From positions 114,082,001 to 114,146,000 of the forward strand of contig NC_058373.1 in NCBI RefSeq assembly GCF_018350175.1: DNA of 64,000 bases, given 5' to 3'. Shown here one piece after another: positions 37,136 through 49,959 of the stretch (position 1 is its first letter; every line of letters starts with the position of its first letter). The position numbers and the translations under genes are program-made. The notes under the pieces were generated by a model that did no database searches, was not told the origin of the DNA, and worked only from the letters and a program-made list of their open reading frames with translations. The stretch is from Felis catus. Taxonomy: Eukaryota.

Positions 37136-37437
37136 GCCGCCATAACTTTTCCTCAGCAGATCATCTCCCATCCTCTGACGCTGCCCTTCTGAGTGGGAGA
37201 AGAGCAGATATTGACCAAGAAATGGCAGATGTGACTCTGTACAGTGAGTTTGAGAATGGCTAAGCTAGGTAGGGAGGGTGCCTAAGACAGGCAGAGCCAA
37301 AAGATGGACATTTGGAAACATTAAGAGATGGCTGGGTGGATAGACAGATGGGTGAATATATGACTTAGGTAGTATGTTGATGCCACCAGGGTGGACGTTG
37401 CATTCTACTTCCTTGGGGTTGTAGATTTTTACAGCGC

Positions 37438-37796
37438 AGTGGTTACAAACTCAAATGCTCATGTTAGACGGGTAACAGAGCTGCAAAAAGAGGCCAGGTG
37501 CAATAACAGGGAGTAGTGGGGAATGTGACAAACTGGAAAGAGTGTGCCCTACCTAAAGGGGCAGTATATACTCAGTTCCATCCAGCCAATTATTACCTCG
37601 TGGGATGCCAGCCTAAAGTTGCCAGCATGTCTGATTTTTCAAGGGAACAAGAAATCTGGATTTTCAGGTGAAGTCTTTCTTTAAATAAATCTTTAAATTA
37701 TGGCAATTAATTCAAAAATTGTAAAATGCTGTGTGGGCCAAATCAGCACATTTGCAGTCTGAGTGAACCCTGGAGGCTGCCAGATTTCCACTCTCG
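37438..37796 (-). mobile_element. MER102 (hAT-Charlie)
   Basis: cagtggttacaaactcaaatg...gggagtagtggggaatgtgacaaactgga...gttgccagcatgtctgatttttcaagggaacaagaaatctggatttt...tgtgtgggccaaa. Confidence 0.82.
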
Positions 37797-37839
37797 GACT
37801 ACTGGAAAGACATCTGTAATGTCATCACATGAGGATGTA

Positions 37840-38150
37840 GGTATTTAAGAGCTCGGGCTCATGAGTACACTGCTTGGGTTCAAATTTCAGCCCACTTCTT
37901 ACTAGCTTTACAATCTTGAGCAAGTTACACACGTAACTCCGAGTTGTCATAACAATAAAATTAGTTAATACATATAGGTGCCTAGAACAATTCCTGCTGC
38001 CTCGTAAGAAAACAGAAACTGAGCCAGCATTATCAGGTAGTGACACCAAACCTTTTGGTTTCCTCATTTGTAAAATGGGGACAACCTATCCCCCAGGGGA
38101 AAAGAGAATATGTATGATGGGCTTACAAACGTGTGCACGTTGCTAAGAAA
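37840..38150 (+). mobile_element. MIR fragments
   Basis: ttaagagctcgggctc..gcttgggttcaaatttcagcccacttcttactagc..cttgagcaagttac; ggtttcctcatttgtaaaatgggga. Confidence 0.75.
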
Positions 38151-38363
38151 TTCACCATGTACTTCTTTTGTAACTGTACCTATAAGTGAGGCTCAGTCTT
38201 GCTCAACGCCAGGCTGGGATCCCTATAAAGAAGAGGATAGCATTAACTAGAACCAGTCCTCTTTTTTTTTTTTTTTTTTTCTTCCAAGGATTATTTGGCT
38301 ATTTTGCTATTCTTAGCATTTGGTGAGTTTTTCTTTCTTTTTTTTTTTTTATTGTGAATTTTT

Positions 38364-38587
38364 TTTTTTAATTTTTTTTTTCCAACGTTTTTATTTATTT
38401 TTGGGACAGAGAGAGACAGAGCATGACTGGGGGAGGGGCAGAGAGAGAGGGAGACACAGAATCGGAAACAGGCTCCAGGCTCTGAGCCATCAGCCCAGAG
38501 CCTGACGCGGGGCTCGAACTCACGGACCGCGAGATCGTGACCTGGCTGAAGTCGGACGCTTAACCGACTGCGCCACCCAGGCGCCCC
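38364..38587 (-). mobile_element. Young Felis-type Can-SINE (SINEC_Fc-like)
   Basis: CpG-rich intact body (gagcctgacgcggggctcgaactcacggaccgcgagatcgtgacctggctgaagtcggacgc). Perfect TSD ttattgtgaattttt (38349-38363, 38588-38602). Confidence 0.98.
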
Positions 38588-39658
38588 TTATTGTGAATTT
38601 TTAAACATTCATAAAAGCAGAGAAAATAGCATAATAAACACTCAAGTACCCTTATCTAGATTCAATCATTGTTAACATTTGCTGTGTTCGTTTCATCTTG
38701 GTGAGTGTTCCTTTCAGGGGTGGGATGTGGCAGTACCGAAAGGGAATGGAATGAGGCATAGTGGTACCAAATGGGAGAGCTCAGGGCTTTCCCCACCTCA
38801 GGGATGGATGCCATATTGTTGCAAGAAAGCAAGACCCAGTTAGATATAGATGGTTCCCTTTTGGATAGGACCCCTGAAAAGGGATTTTTGTGCAGGATAA
38901 TTTGTTATAGATCACACACTGTTACCGCCTTAAAGTGATGTAAACTGGGACACAAATCCTTTTATTATTTATAAGACTTTCATTTATTATTATTTCTAAG
39001 GTTTTATTTTTTTTGTAAACAAGAGTGTGTTCATGTATTGCTCACGAAATTGAAAAGCAAAAAATTTTAGAGAGTTTCCATGTGGAAATGTCTCCTGTCA
39101 TAAAGAATTCAGGAGTTGAAACTGGTAGATCGGTGAGAAACCCGGTAAAATCTCAGTGATAAAAATAAATGTTGGTCACTAAAAAATGAAAGGTTTTAGG
39201 AGCAAAAACACTCAGATACAAAGAAAGTATATGCCAATTATAGACGGCCCTTTCTGTTAAAGCATTTAAAAGAATCTAAGACATATTGCCCCATTTCTCA
39301 GCATTAGCTTTTACTGCATTTGAATGCACAGTTTTCTCCCTGGAAAGGATGTCTTACTATGTGAAAGCAACTAAACTTTGCTTTAAAATTCTATTATTCA
39401 GACCCTTCATTAATTTAAGCTGACATTCCTTCTCAATCGGGGCCAATCATCAAAGCTTTATTGTATTGAGAACCTTGAATTCAGCAACAAAGAGTGTGGG
39501 TTTGGAAGGACGCGCTAGGAGGGGGGAGGGCAGAGAGCTCTCAAGGCCCAAAGAAGGGAGGGGAGAGGAGGAAGACAGCGGGAGGGAGAGTGATAGGGAA
39601 AGACTGGAGTCCTGAGAAGCAAAGGGAGGGCAGAGGAGTTAGAAAAGCAGAGATACAC

Positions 39659-39732
39659 TGGGGCGGGGGACGGGGGTGGGGGTGGGGGGGTGGGGGGTGG
39701 ACTTGGGGGGTGGATAGTGGAGGGAAGGGGAG
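39659..39732 (+). other. G-run cluster, potential G-quadruplex
   Basis: ggggcgggggacgggggtgggggtgggggggtggggggtggacttgggggg: at least six G-runs of 4 or more with 1-2 nt loops. Confidence 0.75.
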
Positions 39733-40639
39733 ATGGGCTTGGAGGGTCTATGCTGCAAATCTGTCCCTTGAGCCTCTGCTCATCAACCTGCAACTTTGCC
39801 TTCACAAAGTTTTCTCCAGAGGAAAGGTAAAAAAGGAGACAGGGAACAGAAGAAGAGAAAGCATTTCCTTTTCTTCCTTCATCCAGGTGCCTCTTGAATC
39901 TTCTGCGCTAGTGTCCTGCCCAGCAACAGGGTGCCTGGCAGGAAGTCTGCCCCACCCTGCAGGCCTGGGGTCTAGTCATGTCTGGCCCAGTTCCTCCTGC
40001 ACCCCAGCCCCCCAGCAGTGTTCTGTCTTCCTTTCTGGCATGATTTACTGTGGAATACATGATGTGGGATGTACCAAGTAGAATGTATTGGGTTCATTGT
40101 TAAGGCATAGGGCAAGGAAGGAGCTTTTGAAATGTAAGGACATTACAAGCTTTTCTTGAGAATCCGTGATTTATAAACAGAGTAGAATAAAATTTGTAAG
40201 GTGAACTTTAGAGCCTAAGGGACAACTGAGCTTTTTAAATGTGTAACTTTAATAAATAAAATACTAATTTTGAAAAACCAAATAAACCCAGGTGGTCTTT
40301 TGTCTGCACTAAAACAGTTCTCAAGGACACAAGGAACTCAGCTGGACACTGTGGAGTGGACAGCCAGCCCCTGATGTCCAGCAACCCATCAGAGACCAAG
40401 TCATGGGAGGCTGTAGGTCTTCATTCCCCAGCCCACCACATTCTAGTGTGTGCCCTCAAAGAACCCCAGTGACCTCCCTGAGTCATAATTTCCCAATGTG
40501 TAAAATGGGCATAGAAGTAATCTGCCCAGTTGTCACCCCAGGGGGCCATGGGGATGACCATGTGATGCATGTGGATGGTTTTCCAACCTTCACCAGGGGT
40601 CTGATCTTGGGTTAATGCAATGACCCATTCTCCAGTTAT

Positions 40640-41250
40640 AAGACCTAAATTAGATCATGCTATTCCTCCATTCAAAACTCTGAAGTGACTCCCTTTTCAC
40701 TCGGACTGAAAGCAAAGTCTATCCCCTGTCCCTTAGAGCTCAGTGTGCCCACCAGCACCTGCCATGTTATCTCTTGTTACTTCCCCTGCTCACCTGCTAT
40801 GGCCACCCCATTCTCCATGTTATTCCTCCTGTCACCAAGCACTCTTCACCTCACTGACTTTGGACTTGGAATTCTTTGAGAGAATCATATTCCCCAGACA
40901 GTCCCATAGCTGATGTCCTCATCTCCTTTCCCGGATATTGGCATACCTCCCTTACCTCTCTAACTTTTTGCCAAAATGTCACCTGTCCATGAGACCTAAT
41001 CTGTGTAAATTGCAGCCTACTCTCCTTACCCCCATCCTGTTCCACTTTTCCTTTCCCAAAGCACTCATCACCATGCAACATAATAAATAACTCATTCTTT
41101 TTTTTTTTTTTTTTTTTTTTACCATTTACGGTGTGTCTTCTCTGCTACAAGATGAGCTCTGGAGGCCAGGCATCTTTGATTTGTTCAGCGAATGCCCCAG
41201 GCACCAGAGCAGTGTCAAGCACATTAAGGACACTCAATAAATAGGTTGGA
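40640..41250 (+). mobile_element. L2 LINE 3' portion
   Basis: agatcatgctattcctccattcaaaactc...caaaatgtcacctgtccatgagacct...gagctctggaggccaggcatctttg...cactcaataaataggttg. Confidence 0.85.
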
Positions 41251-41626
41251 TCTTTCTTAGAGGTCCAGGATATAAAACCAACTAAAGAAGGACTACTCTA
41301 GTTGAATAGAATATGAGCTCAAAATCTCTCCTCACATCCCTGCAGGCTCTCCATGGAATAGCTCTTGCTCCAATGAACAAATTTGAAAACTGCTGACATT
41401 TGTTCTAATACGTAGAGTACCTTTTGAAGCTAGAAAGTGCGGTGTAATGTCAGGCTCAAACTCTGTGCACAGCAGGTGCCCCATTGGTAGGGGGCAGGGT
41501 ACAGACCCCAGGACTGGATCCTTGCTGTTATTTAGGTCTCAGCTGCACCATCACCACTCAGCAAAGCCTTGCCCATCTACCCTCTCTTCATTCTGCACAG
41601 CATGACTAGTAATTTTAGGCTGGAAA

Positions 41627-41823
41627 AAAAAATTTAATGTTTAGTTATTTATTTATTTTGAAAGGGGGTGGGGGGCAGAGAGAGGAGAGGGAAAATCCCA
41701 AGCAGGCTGTGCCCTGTCAGCACCGAGTCTGACGTGGGGCTCCATCCCACAAACCATGAGATCATGACCTGAGTCAAAATCAAGAATCGGACACTTAACT
41801 GACTGAGCCACCCAGGCACCCCT
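41627..41823 (-). mobile_element. Can-SINE (SINEC)
   Basis: tttaatgtttagtta...atcccaagcaggct...gagccacccaggcacccc. TSD ggctggaaaa on both sides. Confidence 0.95.
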
Positions 41824-44772
41824 GGGCTGGAAATAATTTGTAAGGACTTTGTTGAGCAGCTACTATATGTTAGGCAGTGTCTGTACTCAGTTCACTCCAT
41901 AAGCCATCTCCTGAAACTGTCTGCCCTTTCACCCTTGTCTCTCCAGCCTCTGATCCCAGGCCTGGCACAAATAAGGATGGTCCATAAATGGTCAGTTATT
42001 TCCTCAACAACCCTCTGAGGCAGGTACCATTAACACCATCTTATAAGTGAGGGACCAAAGTTCAGGTTTAACTAGCTTGTTTAATGTCATAAAACATTAG
42101 ACATGTGCATTAGACTAGTGCATGTCAGAGCAAGGATTTCAGTTCTACTCAGACAAGCTCCAATCACTCTGGTTCTGAGAGGGAATTCGGGTTAGACCAT
42201 CTGCTTCCCTCAAGCAGATCTGTCTCCTGGCCACACCAGAAAATGAGGGAAGGGGTATTTCTTTTCTTTGTGGCTTTCTCTCCTCCACCTGGGCACATCT
42301 CCTCCCTTCTTTCAGTTAGCTCACCTGGAGGGGTCTCCTGCCACCTTTTGATTAATGGGCCTGCCTTTCCCACCCTTCCTGGCTGGGTAACCTCAGAGTT
42401 AACAGTGGTTCATCTTGAATTACAAATGGAGTTCTGAAAGACATTGCAATTTTCTGCTTACAATCTCCCTAGAATTCAAATTCTTTGTGAAGGTCATTTG
42501 CTTATGAGTAGAATGATGGATTCATCAACTCTCTCCCTTTAAGAGGTATCTGGATGGTGTCTTCTGGTGTCCCCCTGCCCCTTCCCAAACTGGCCCTAGT
42601 TAGTTCATTTAATGTAGCTAGAATTCCCCCCAAGGACCCCCACTCAGTTTCCACTCTGGTCACTTAACTAAGGAAAAGCTCTAATCATGTTGTCTCATTA
42701 CATAAACAGAAATCATTTATAACCAGCATGTTCATTGAGCCTTCCACGTATCCACTCTTAGCTGTGATTTTCTTTCTTAGCCATTCTTAGCATGCCAGCT
42801 ACTTATACCATATAGGGGCAAAGCAACTTTGTATATCCCCAGAACTATTTTATCTGAGAAGCAGCCTCTGAGTCTCCAGCACCCAGAACTTTAGCCCCAG
42901 GAGAAAGCATCTCCATAAATCTGATGTTTAATGCCAGATTAAAATCTCTCTGGGAAGCTTTTGAGTTCGTTTCAGAGTTGCCTGTGGAGACAATGATTAA
43001 CTATAGATGTCATGCAGCTTTTCATTTTCCAGGTGCTTTTTATTTCATCTAGAACCAACAGTGTCCTTTAGAATCTGCTACTCCCTCTCAGATCCTCTTT
43101 CTGTAGGTTTTATGTTCAAAGACTCTGGGTCGGAGAAGCTCAAGGTTGAGTTGAATATCTGAAATGACCAACTCCACCAATGCTCTATTAGTAAAAGGCT
43201 GGCATCGTTCTCCAGTTGTGTGGGACTTCCCTGTGTACTGGAGGACATTTGTGCTTCCTGCCTCATTCACAGAATGTGAGGTGCCTGTAAGAACCAGAAG
43301 TGCCTGTAGGCAATATTCCAAGTACCCCTAATTGGAAGCACCAGTGACAGTATCTCGCAAAGATGGTGAACTGGGAGCAGATACCATTAAGTTCTGCCAC
43401 TGATGAGGGGGTGTGCCTATCCCCAGGGCTTCTCCGGTTCCAGTGCACATTGCTTCCTACTCTTGTTGCCTTCAATGACCTATGTTTGCTTTCAAATCTG
43501 GTCTTGCTAAATATTATTTTAATCTCTGATTTCTTCCATATAAAACTGGGCAGGAAGGAGAGGAGGAAATATCCTCGTAAGGAGGGTTCTGTTCTCTGGA
43601 ATGACTTTGGACTCTTTTTCAAGTTAATGATTGAGAGAGTTTACTAGATGGAAGTTCCCAAGCCCAGCAATTAGAGCCTGGGATAAAAGAGATAGAAACA
43701 GGGACAGAAACAAATAGAATCACCAGGACCCAAACATTGGGCTGCAGCCAGGGTGTCTTCTCTCAACTGCACCCCACATCAGTCCTGACTTGCTTGTAGA
43801 TCCCCGAGTTCTACTTCTCTCCTGCCCCACAATTTCTAGAAAAACTGCAAGGTAAATGGCCAGAGTCAGGACCTTCTAGTAGAGCAGGGATTCTATAACT
43901 CTCCAGACCCCGCGAGAGTGTGACTATCTATAAGGAACCATCATCCAGAAAGGCAGTCAGATAGATGGCTGTGTCTGTTCTTTTTGTCCCGCTTCTTATT
44001 TCTCTTGGGCATGATTAACCACACATGCCAACGCCCCAGCTCACGGGCTGCCTGTTCCTACGGCCCGCCCGCCTGCCTGTCTTGCCGGGGCTGTGTCCAT
44101 GCAGCTCTCAGCATATCCTGTTTGTTCAGTCCCCTTTGTCTCCCACTGGAGCAACAGGGAGAAAGGATTCCTCTGAGCCCCTTGGATTTGGGCTTTGAAA
44201 TCAGATCCTGGCACACCTGATTACACTCAATAGCTGGAAATGGTAAGGATGTCCGATGGGCAGAGGGCTCTTGTTTTAAGCTCTGCACACCAGGAAGGCA
44301 GGGGCTGGGTCTCCTCGGGGCTGCCCTGGAGGGGGCAGGATGCTCTGGCAGGAAAAGCAAACAGTGTAGCTGAAGGGAAATTCACTTGAAAAAGAACTGG
44401 GGGCAGTGTCCATCAGGGGGCATGTAAGCTGTCCCTGAGGACACAAAATGGGGCTTAGACTCATTCCTCTTTCCTCACACCTCCCTGGTTGGGAAGCATT
44501 CGGTTCCAGTAACCACACGCCCAAGGGCTGGGAGAGTCAAGCTCTCTGTCCTGCTTTTTCTGTAGAGGTGTTGCCTCTGAGACCTTGGCAAAGGGAATAA
44601 AAAAACAGCAACTTACAAGCCATGACACTGGGAAGGAAGCTAAGAAGCTCCTCAGCCTCCACGCACCATGAGCTTTCCCACAGAGATTGAAAAGTCATTA
44701 GGAAAATTCCACACGTACAAAAGGCACCCTTGCACCAGCACCCAGCTTAAGAAATGAGATGTTACCAATGCA

Positions 44773-44866
44773 GAGGTGCCTGGGTGGCTCAGTTGGTTGA
44801 GCACATCTAGCGTTGTGAGATCAAGACCCAATTTAGTCTCAGAGCTCATCATGGAGCCTACTTAAG

Positions 44867-44918
<52 letters not shown>

Positions 44919-44968
44919 CCCTTCCTCTGCCCCTCTCTGCCCCCTCTCTAAAATTTAAAAAAAAGATT

Positions 44969-45015
<47 letters not shown>
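44773..45015 (+). mobile_element. Can-SINE with internal deletion, (TC)24 and a (GA)21 tail
   Basis: gaggtgcctgggtggctcagttggttgagc head. TSD-like atgttaccaatg at about 44759-44770 and 45017-45028. Confidence 0.9.
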
Positions 45016-45018
<3 letters not shown>

Positions 45019-46249
45019 GTTACCAATGAAGTTAAAGCCTCGGGGGTCCTCCCTGAACCCTCCTCTACCCCACCTCTCCAGCAACAACCTCTCAGTCACT
45101 CCAGGCCTTTCCTACATGTTCCAGGGGTGTGTGTGCAGCCCTCTTTGTGATAATCACGTGCCACATTCCCCAGATACACCACTCCTTTTTCATGCCTTTA
45201 GCCCAATGTGGCTGCTGTGCTTTATTGGCCTGCGATGCTAGTCCCCTGTCTCACTCTTCCTTCCACTCTAGGCTCAGATGTCACTAACCTGGGGGGCTCT
45301 TCCTATCGCCTGAGGCACTTATTCCTGGAGCTCCACGGCCCTCAGCCCTCGTCTGAGCACTTGCACTATTGCCGTGACGCCCGCAGTGTGCCCACCCCAC
45401 TTCCACACAGGGCTGCAGATGCTATAAGGACAAACACTGGTCCCCTGTGGCTCCTCCAGCCAGTGACCTGGCCCATTGCCTGCTGGCAATGGAGTTGCCA
45501 GTTGAGTGAGTGAATGAGTGGGTGCCCAAATGAATGACAACTCAGCTATCAGACTTCCAACTTTCTTTCCAAGTTAAATGGGGAAGTCCTCATGGCCCCA
45601 GTGCCTTTTATAGGGGCATTTTCCTCCTCTAAGCTCCAAATCTTCTCTCTTCTGGAAGCACAACACTGAAAGGTCTCTTCTTCACATTCCTCAAATGAAG
45701 TTGGAACAAATATAATGGGAGTGTAAACTTTATTCCCCATAACTTCAACAAACAATAGTTTCAAAGAGAACCCTGGGTGGGCTTCATGTAGGTCTTGAAC
45801 ATCTTTTTCTAGGTGTCTTGTCACTTGTGTTCTTTGTCTTCTTGCAGCCTGTAGAAATCCTTAAAGACAGGAAAATGTACAAACCTATTAATCTTGCTTA
45901 GAAAATCCACTTTACCGCCACAGAAACAAAATATTGGGAAACAACAGTCTGGCTATTAAGGTGTTCTCACCCACACCCATTGTTCTCTGCTAAAACATTT
46001 GGTTGTTGCTGTGTAGACTCAGCTTTAGTCATGGAATTTTAGAGGATGTGCCTCAGAAGTGGGATCAAGAGCAAGCTTGACAGTAATCTGCACCGTAAGC
46101 CCATTTGGTGCCCTGGCACTGAGAATGGGCACCCAAGTCTGCCCAGGAAGGACATGAGAAGTGAGAGCGAGGCCAAGGGCTGGGTTGTGTGCATGCAGCA
46201 CAAAGGTCAAATTTTCTTTTATGTTTGTTTGTTTGTTTGTTTTTACATG

Positions 46250-47104
46250 TGTAATTTTTATCAAGGTGAAATTCACATAACATAAAACATATTGAAGTAA
46301 ACAATGCATGGGAGCCTGGGTGGCTCGATCAGTTAAGCGTCTGACTCTTGGTTTCAACTCAGGTCATGATTTCACAGTTGGTGAGTTTGAGCCCCACGCT
46401 GGGCTCTGTGCTGACAACATAGAGCCTGCTTGGGATTCTCTCTCTGCCCCTCCCTGGCTTGCTCTCTCTCTCTCTCAAAAAATAAATAAACATAAAAAAT
46501 TTTTTTAAATGTGATTAAAAAAAAAAGTAATTCAGAGGCAATGAGTACATTCACGGTATTGTGCAACCACCACTGATATCTAACATTTTTACCACCCCTA
46601 AAGGAAACCCTATACCCATTAGGCAATACTCCCCAATCCCCCCTCCCCTCAGCTCCTAGAAACTACCAGTCTGTGCTCTGCCTCTATGGATTTACCTATT
46701 CTGGATATTTCACGTAAGTAAAATCATACAGTATGTGACCTTTTGAGTCTGGCTTCTTTCACTAGTGTATTTACGTGGTTCACCCATAGTGTAGCACAGT
46801 TCAGTACTTCACCCTTTCACTGGCTGAGTACTATTCTGTTGTACGAATATACTGCGTTTTGCTTATCCATTCACCAACGGTGGCTATTTGGGCTGTTTGC
46901 ATCTTTTGGCTACTGTGAATAGTGTTGCTATGAACTTGTGTGTACATGTATTTATTTGAGTAACTGTTTTCTGTTCTTTCGGGTATATACATAGGGGTAG
47001 AATTGCTGGATCATAGAGTAAATCTAGGTTTAACTCTTTAGGACTTACCATACTGTTTTCCTCAGTAGCCAAATCATTTTACATTCCCACCAGCTATGTA
47101 CAAG
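46250..47104 (-). mobile_element. L1MB-type 3' end, interrupted by a Can-SINE
   Basis: gaaattcacataacataaa...gtacattcacggtattgtgcaaccaccac...tctatggatttacctattctggatatttcac...tgaatagtgttgctatgaac...attttacattcccaccagc. Confidence 0.92.
46310..46526 (+). mobile_element. Can-SINE (SINEC) within L1MB
   Basis: ggggagcctgggtggctcgatcagttaagcgtctgactc...aataaataaacataaaaaa. Confidence 0.95.
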
Positions 47105-48366
47105 CACAGGTAAGAGTTTATCCTTATGGGAGTTACATTCTAAAGTAGCCTCAAGAGCTCAATGGCTGTGTTGTGTGCACACATACTCTATAAGTGGAGA
47201 TAGAAATTTTGCACAGGGGTAAAGGAGAAGGTAGAGCCCTCAGTAGACAAGTTGAGGGATGTTGAGAGGAACAGTGGACTTTACCTGTCTCCTTTCCATG
47301 CTATCCTTAGCTAAGCAAGGAACAGGCTATTTACTGTCTATCATCTCTTCACTTCTTTCCAGTTAGTTTTCACAACTACCCTGTTCTCAAGCCTTAGGGT
47401 CATACTGACTGTCCACCTTTAGCCAGATTTCAGTAACCATGTGGGATTCTCTTAGTATGTGATCGAGTGTTTAGAGCTCCCATTTTTGTGAAAGTTGAAC
47501 TTGACACGTGCCACCCATTACCATCTGGGAGCCAGAAATGGGAGGAACACCTTTAAAGAGAAAGCTACAAAAGCAAAGTTATTCATCGTAACTGTGCAGG
47601 AGAAAGACAAGATCATCAACAGAACCCCACTGAGTTAGGGCTTTCTTCCCTCACAGTCTGGTGGCTGAAAGCATCAGCAATTTGGAAGGAAGGCCTTCCC
47701 GAGAGAGAGGCCTACGAATCCCTAGGACAATGTCCTTTCTGTTAACCATGGATCTTTATGGCTGAACATGGGCTAAAAGAGGAAGTCGAGAAGGGGGGGC
47801 TCGGGGAGGGGGAGCATGGCCCTGAGAAGGGAGCACGACCAGAGAAGGCTTTTAAGAAAAGAGAGTAGGGTCTCCTGGTCATTTTCTGTGAATGTGCAGC
47901 TTTGGGAGGATAACAAGGAGAAGAGAAGGGGAAGGGCGTGAGCACTGGGAGAATTAATGCTTCCAGTGGGCTTGGCAGGAAGGAGGATCGACACCCCATT
48001 TGGAAGTAGGTCTTTGCAGCTCACTCATAAGCCTTTGGGGGCACAAGGGGCTTTGAAATACCAGTGTATCTGGCTGAGAATAGGAAGCCTTGAGATGTAA
48101 TTCTGATTTGAGCCCTGCCATTGAACACAAGGACGTCTCAGTTTTTCACAGGGTAAGAGGAGGTTGTCTTCACATTCTTCCAATAAATAAGAGAATGAAC
48201 AACCAGACTATCTCTTGAAAATGGACCATGCCCCTTTCTTGGGGACAAGTGGAGAACCAGTGATGTCAACATGGAAATGAGTGATTGTCCTCACCAGCCG
48301 CAAGTGAGAGCTTTTGTCTTGACTTTTTAATCATAATCCAACAGGACATTTTGTAGGATAAGTGGA

Positions 48367-48822
48367 TGTAGTGGGCTAAATGGTGGCTCCCCAGAAGATA
48401 TGTCCACATCCTAACCCCTGGAACCTGTGAATGCAACCTTCTTTGGAATAGGGTCTTTGCAGATGTAATTAAGTTAAGGATCTTGAGATAAGATCCTCTG
48501 GGTTACCCAGGTGGCCTCTAATCCAATGACAAGTATCCTTATAAGACACACGCAAAGGAGAGACACGTGAAAAAGAGGAGGCCATTTGAGCACAGAGGCA
48601 GAGTCTGGAGTTATGCAGCCCCAAGTCAAGGAATGCCTGGAGCCTCCAGAAGCTGGAAGAAGCAGAGACGTGTTCTTCTCAAAAGCCTTCGGGGGGATCA
48701 TGGCCCTGCCGACACCTTGATTTTGGCTTCTGGCTTCCAGAACTGAGGTGGCATAAATTTCTGTTGTTTTAAGACACCACATTTGTGACAGTTTGTTGCA
48801 GCCACCTTAGGAAACTAATACG
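48367..48822 (+). mobile_element. MLT1C-type MaLR solo LTR
   Basis: tgtagtgggctaaatggtggctccccagaagatatgtccacatcctaacccctggaacctgtgaatg...ccagaactgag..ataaatttctgttgttttaag...ggaaactaatac. Confidence 0.93.
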
Positions 48823-49069
48823 ATGGGGTTGTATAGAAAAATAATATGACAAGGGAGGGAGAGAATCTAGAAAAACAAGTTCAGTGCCTGGATTTGCTGC
48901 TCATGTCCGAGGCAAATTTTGTCAACTTTGTGTTACAGGTAAGTTTCCTCCTGTGTTTCCTCCTGTGTTTGCTTTTCATGGCTGAGAGGAGGACCCATAA
49001 CTTACTTGAGGGTGCTACTCAGGATTGGAGGAGGTTGGGTCAGACCCTCACACAAGTTCAAAATGGCAG

Positions 49070-49270
49070 TAATAGAAATGACCAGATTCTATAGAACATT
49101 TAACACATGCTACGTAATTTACATACATTATCTCATTTGGTCCTCAGAACAATTCTACAAGGGTAGTATTCTCATCCCCATCTTACAGATGCATAAACCG
49201 AGGCTCTGAGAGGTGACATAGCCTGTTCAAGGCCATTCGGGGAATGATGGTGGCACCAGACCTGTGCTGA
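49070..49270 (-). mobile_element. MIR SINE
   Basis: ttatctcatttggtcctcagaacaattctacaagggtagtattctcatccccatcttacagatgcataaaccgaggctctgagagg. Confidence 0.85.
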
Positions 49271-49959
49271 ATCCATAGCATTACAGAAGACTCAAGCCTC
49301 ACAAAGACAGTTGATGCAGCACCCCCACAGCATCCCACAGTGCCCTGCTGGCTGATGAGGAAGGTCTGTTTATTTTCTAAATATTAGCACCAATGACACT
49401 ACAGTTTGGGCGAGGATCTGGTTAGACCCTGCCAACAGCAGCTGGATGGCAAAACATCCACAGTCCAGGAAAATCTAGACATAATTGATACTGATCAAGA
49501 TCCTCTTGGCCCCACGGCTCTGAGCCTTCCTCCCCCCTCAGCCATGCAGGAGGCGGGGGGGGGGGGAAGAGATGAAACCCCTAATCAAGTGGTCTCTCCC
49601 ATGTGAGAACCTGGACAGTCCACAAACAGAACCCATCAGGTATAACTCTCTTCCCCAGCTAGGAGAAGGGAGGAAGCTGGCTGGAGAGAAAGGTTCTGAT
49701 AAAGCCCTGTCCTGGGCGGACTGACACTGGGGCCCTCTCTTCGTCAGGATGGTCTCAGGCAGGCCCTACACCTGGAGTCCCTGTGCCTTTCACAGAGTCA
49801 CAGAGTTTGGGAGAGATCTGAATTGACCTCCTTCTTGCAGCCGCTTAGGCTGGAGTGTGGCTAATGGGGCAGCTTCCCTGTCCTTCCAGCATTCTGAGTC
49901 GGAGTGAGTGCAGGAGCAGGGAGGCGACCCGAGGGCCTGCCAGATTTCCTCCCACGCAG

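Noticed and set aside
39494..40081. 195-aa plus-strand ORF
   Set aside because: It is open because of the G/purine-rich low-complexity tract (Gly/Trp/Arg runs), and has no protein-like features.
43078..43647. Overlapping ORFs of 62-119 aa in non-repetitive sequence
   Set aside because: No coherent motif series in any frame, so I could not support a gene or pseudogene call.
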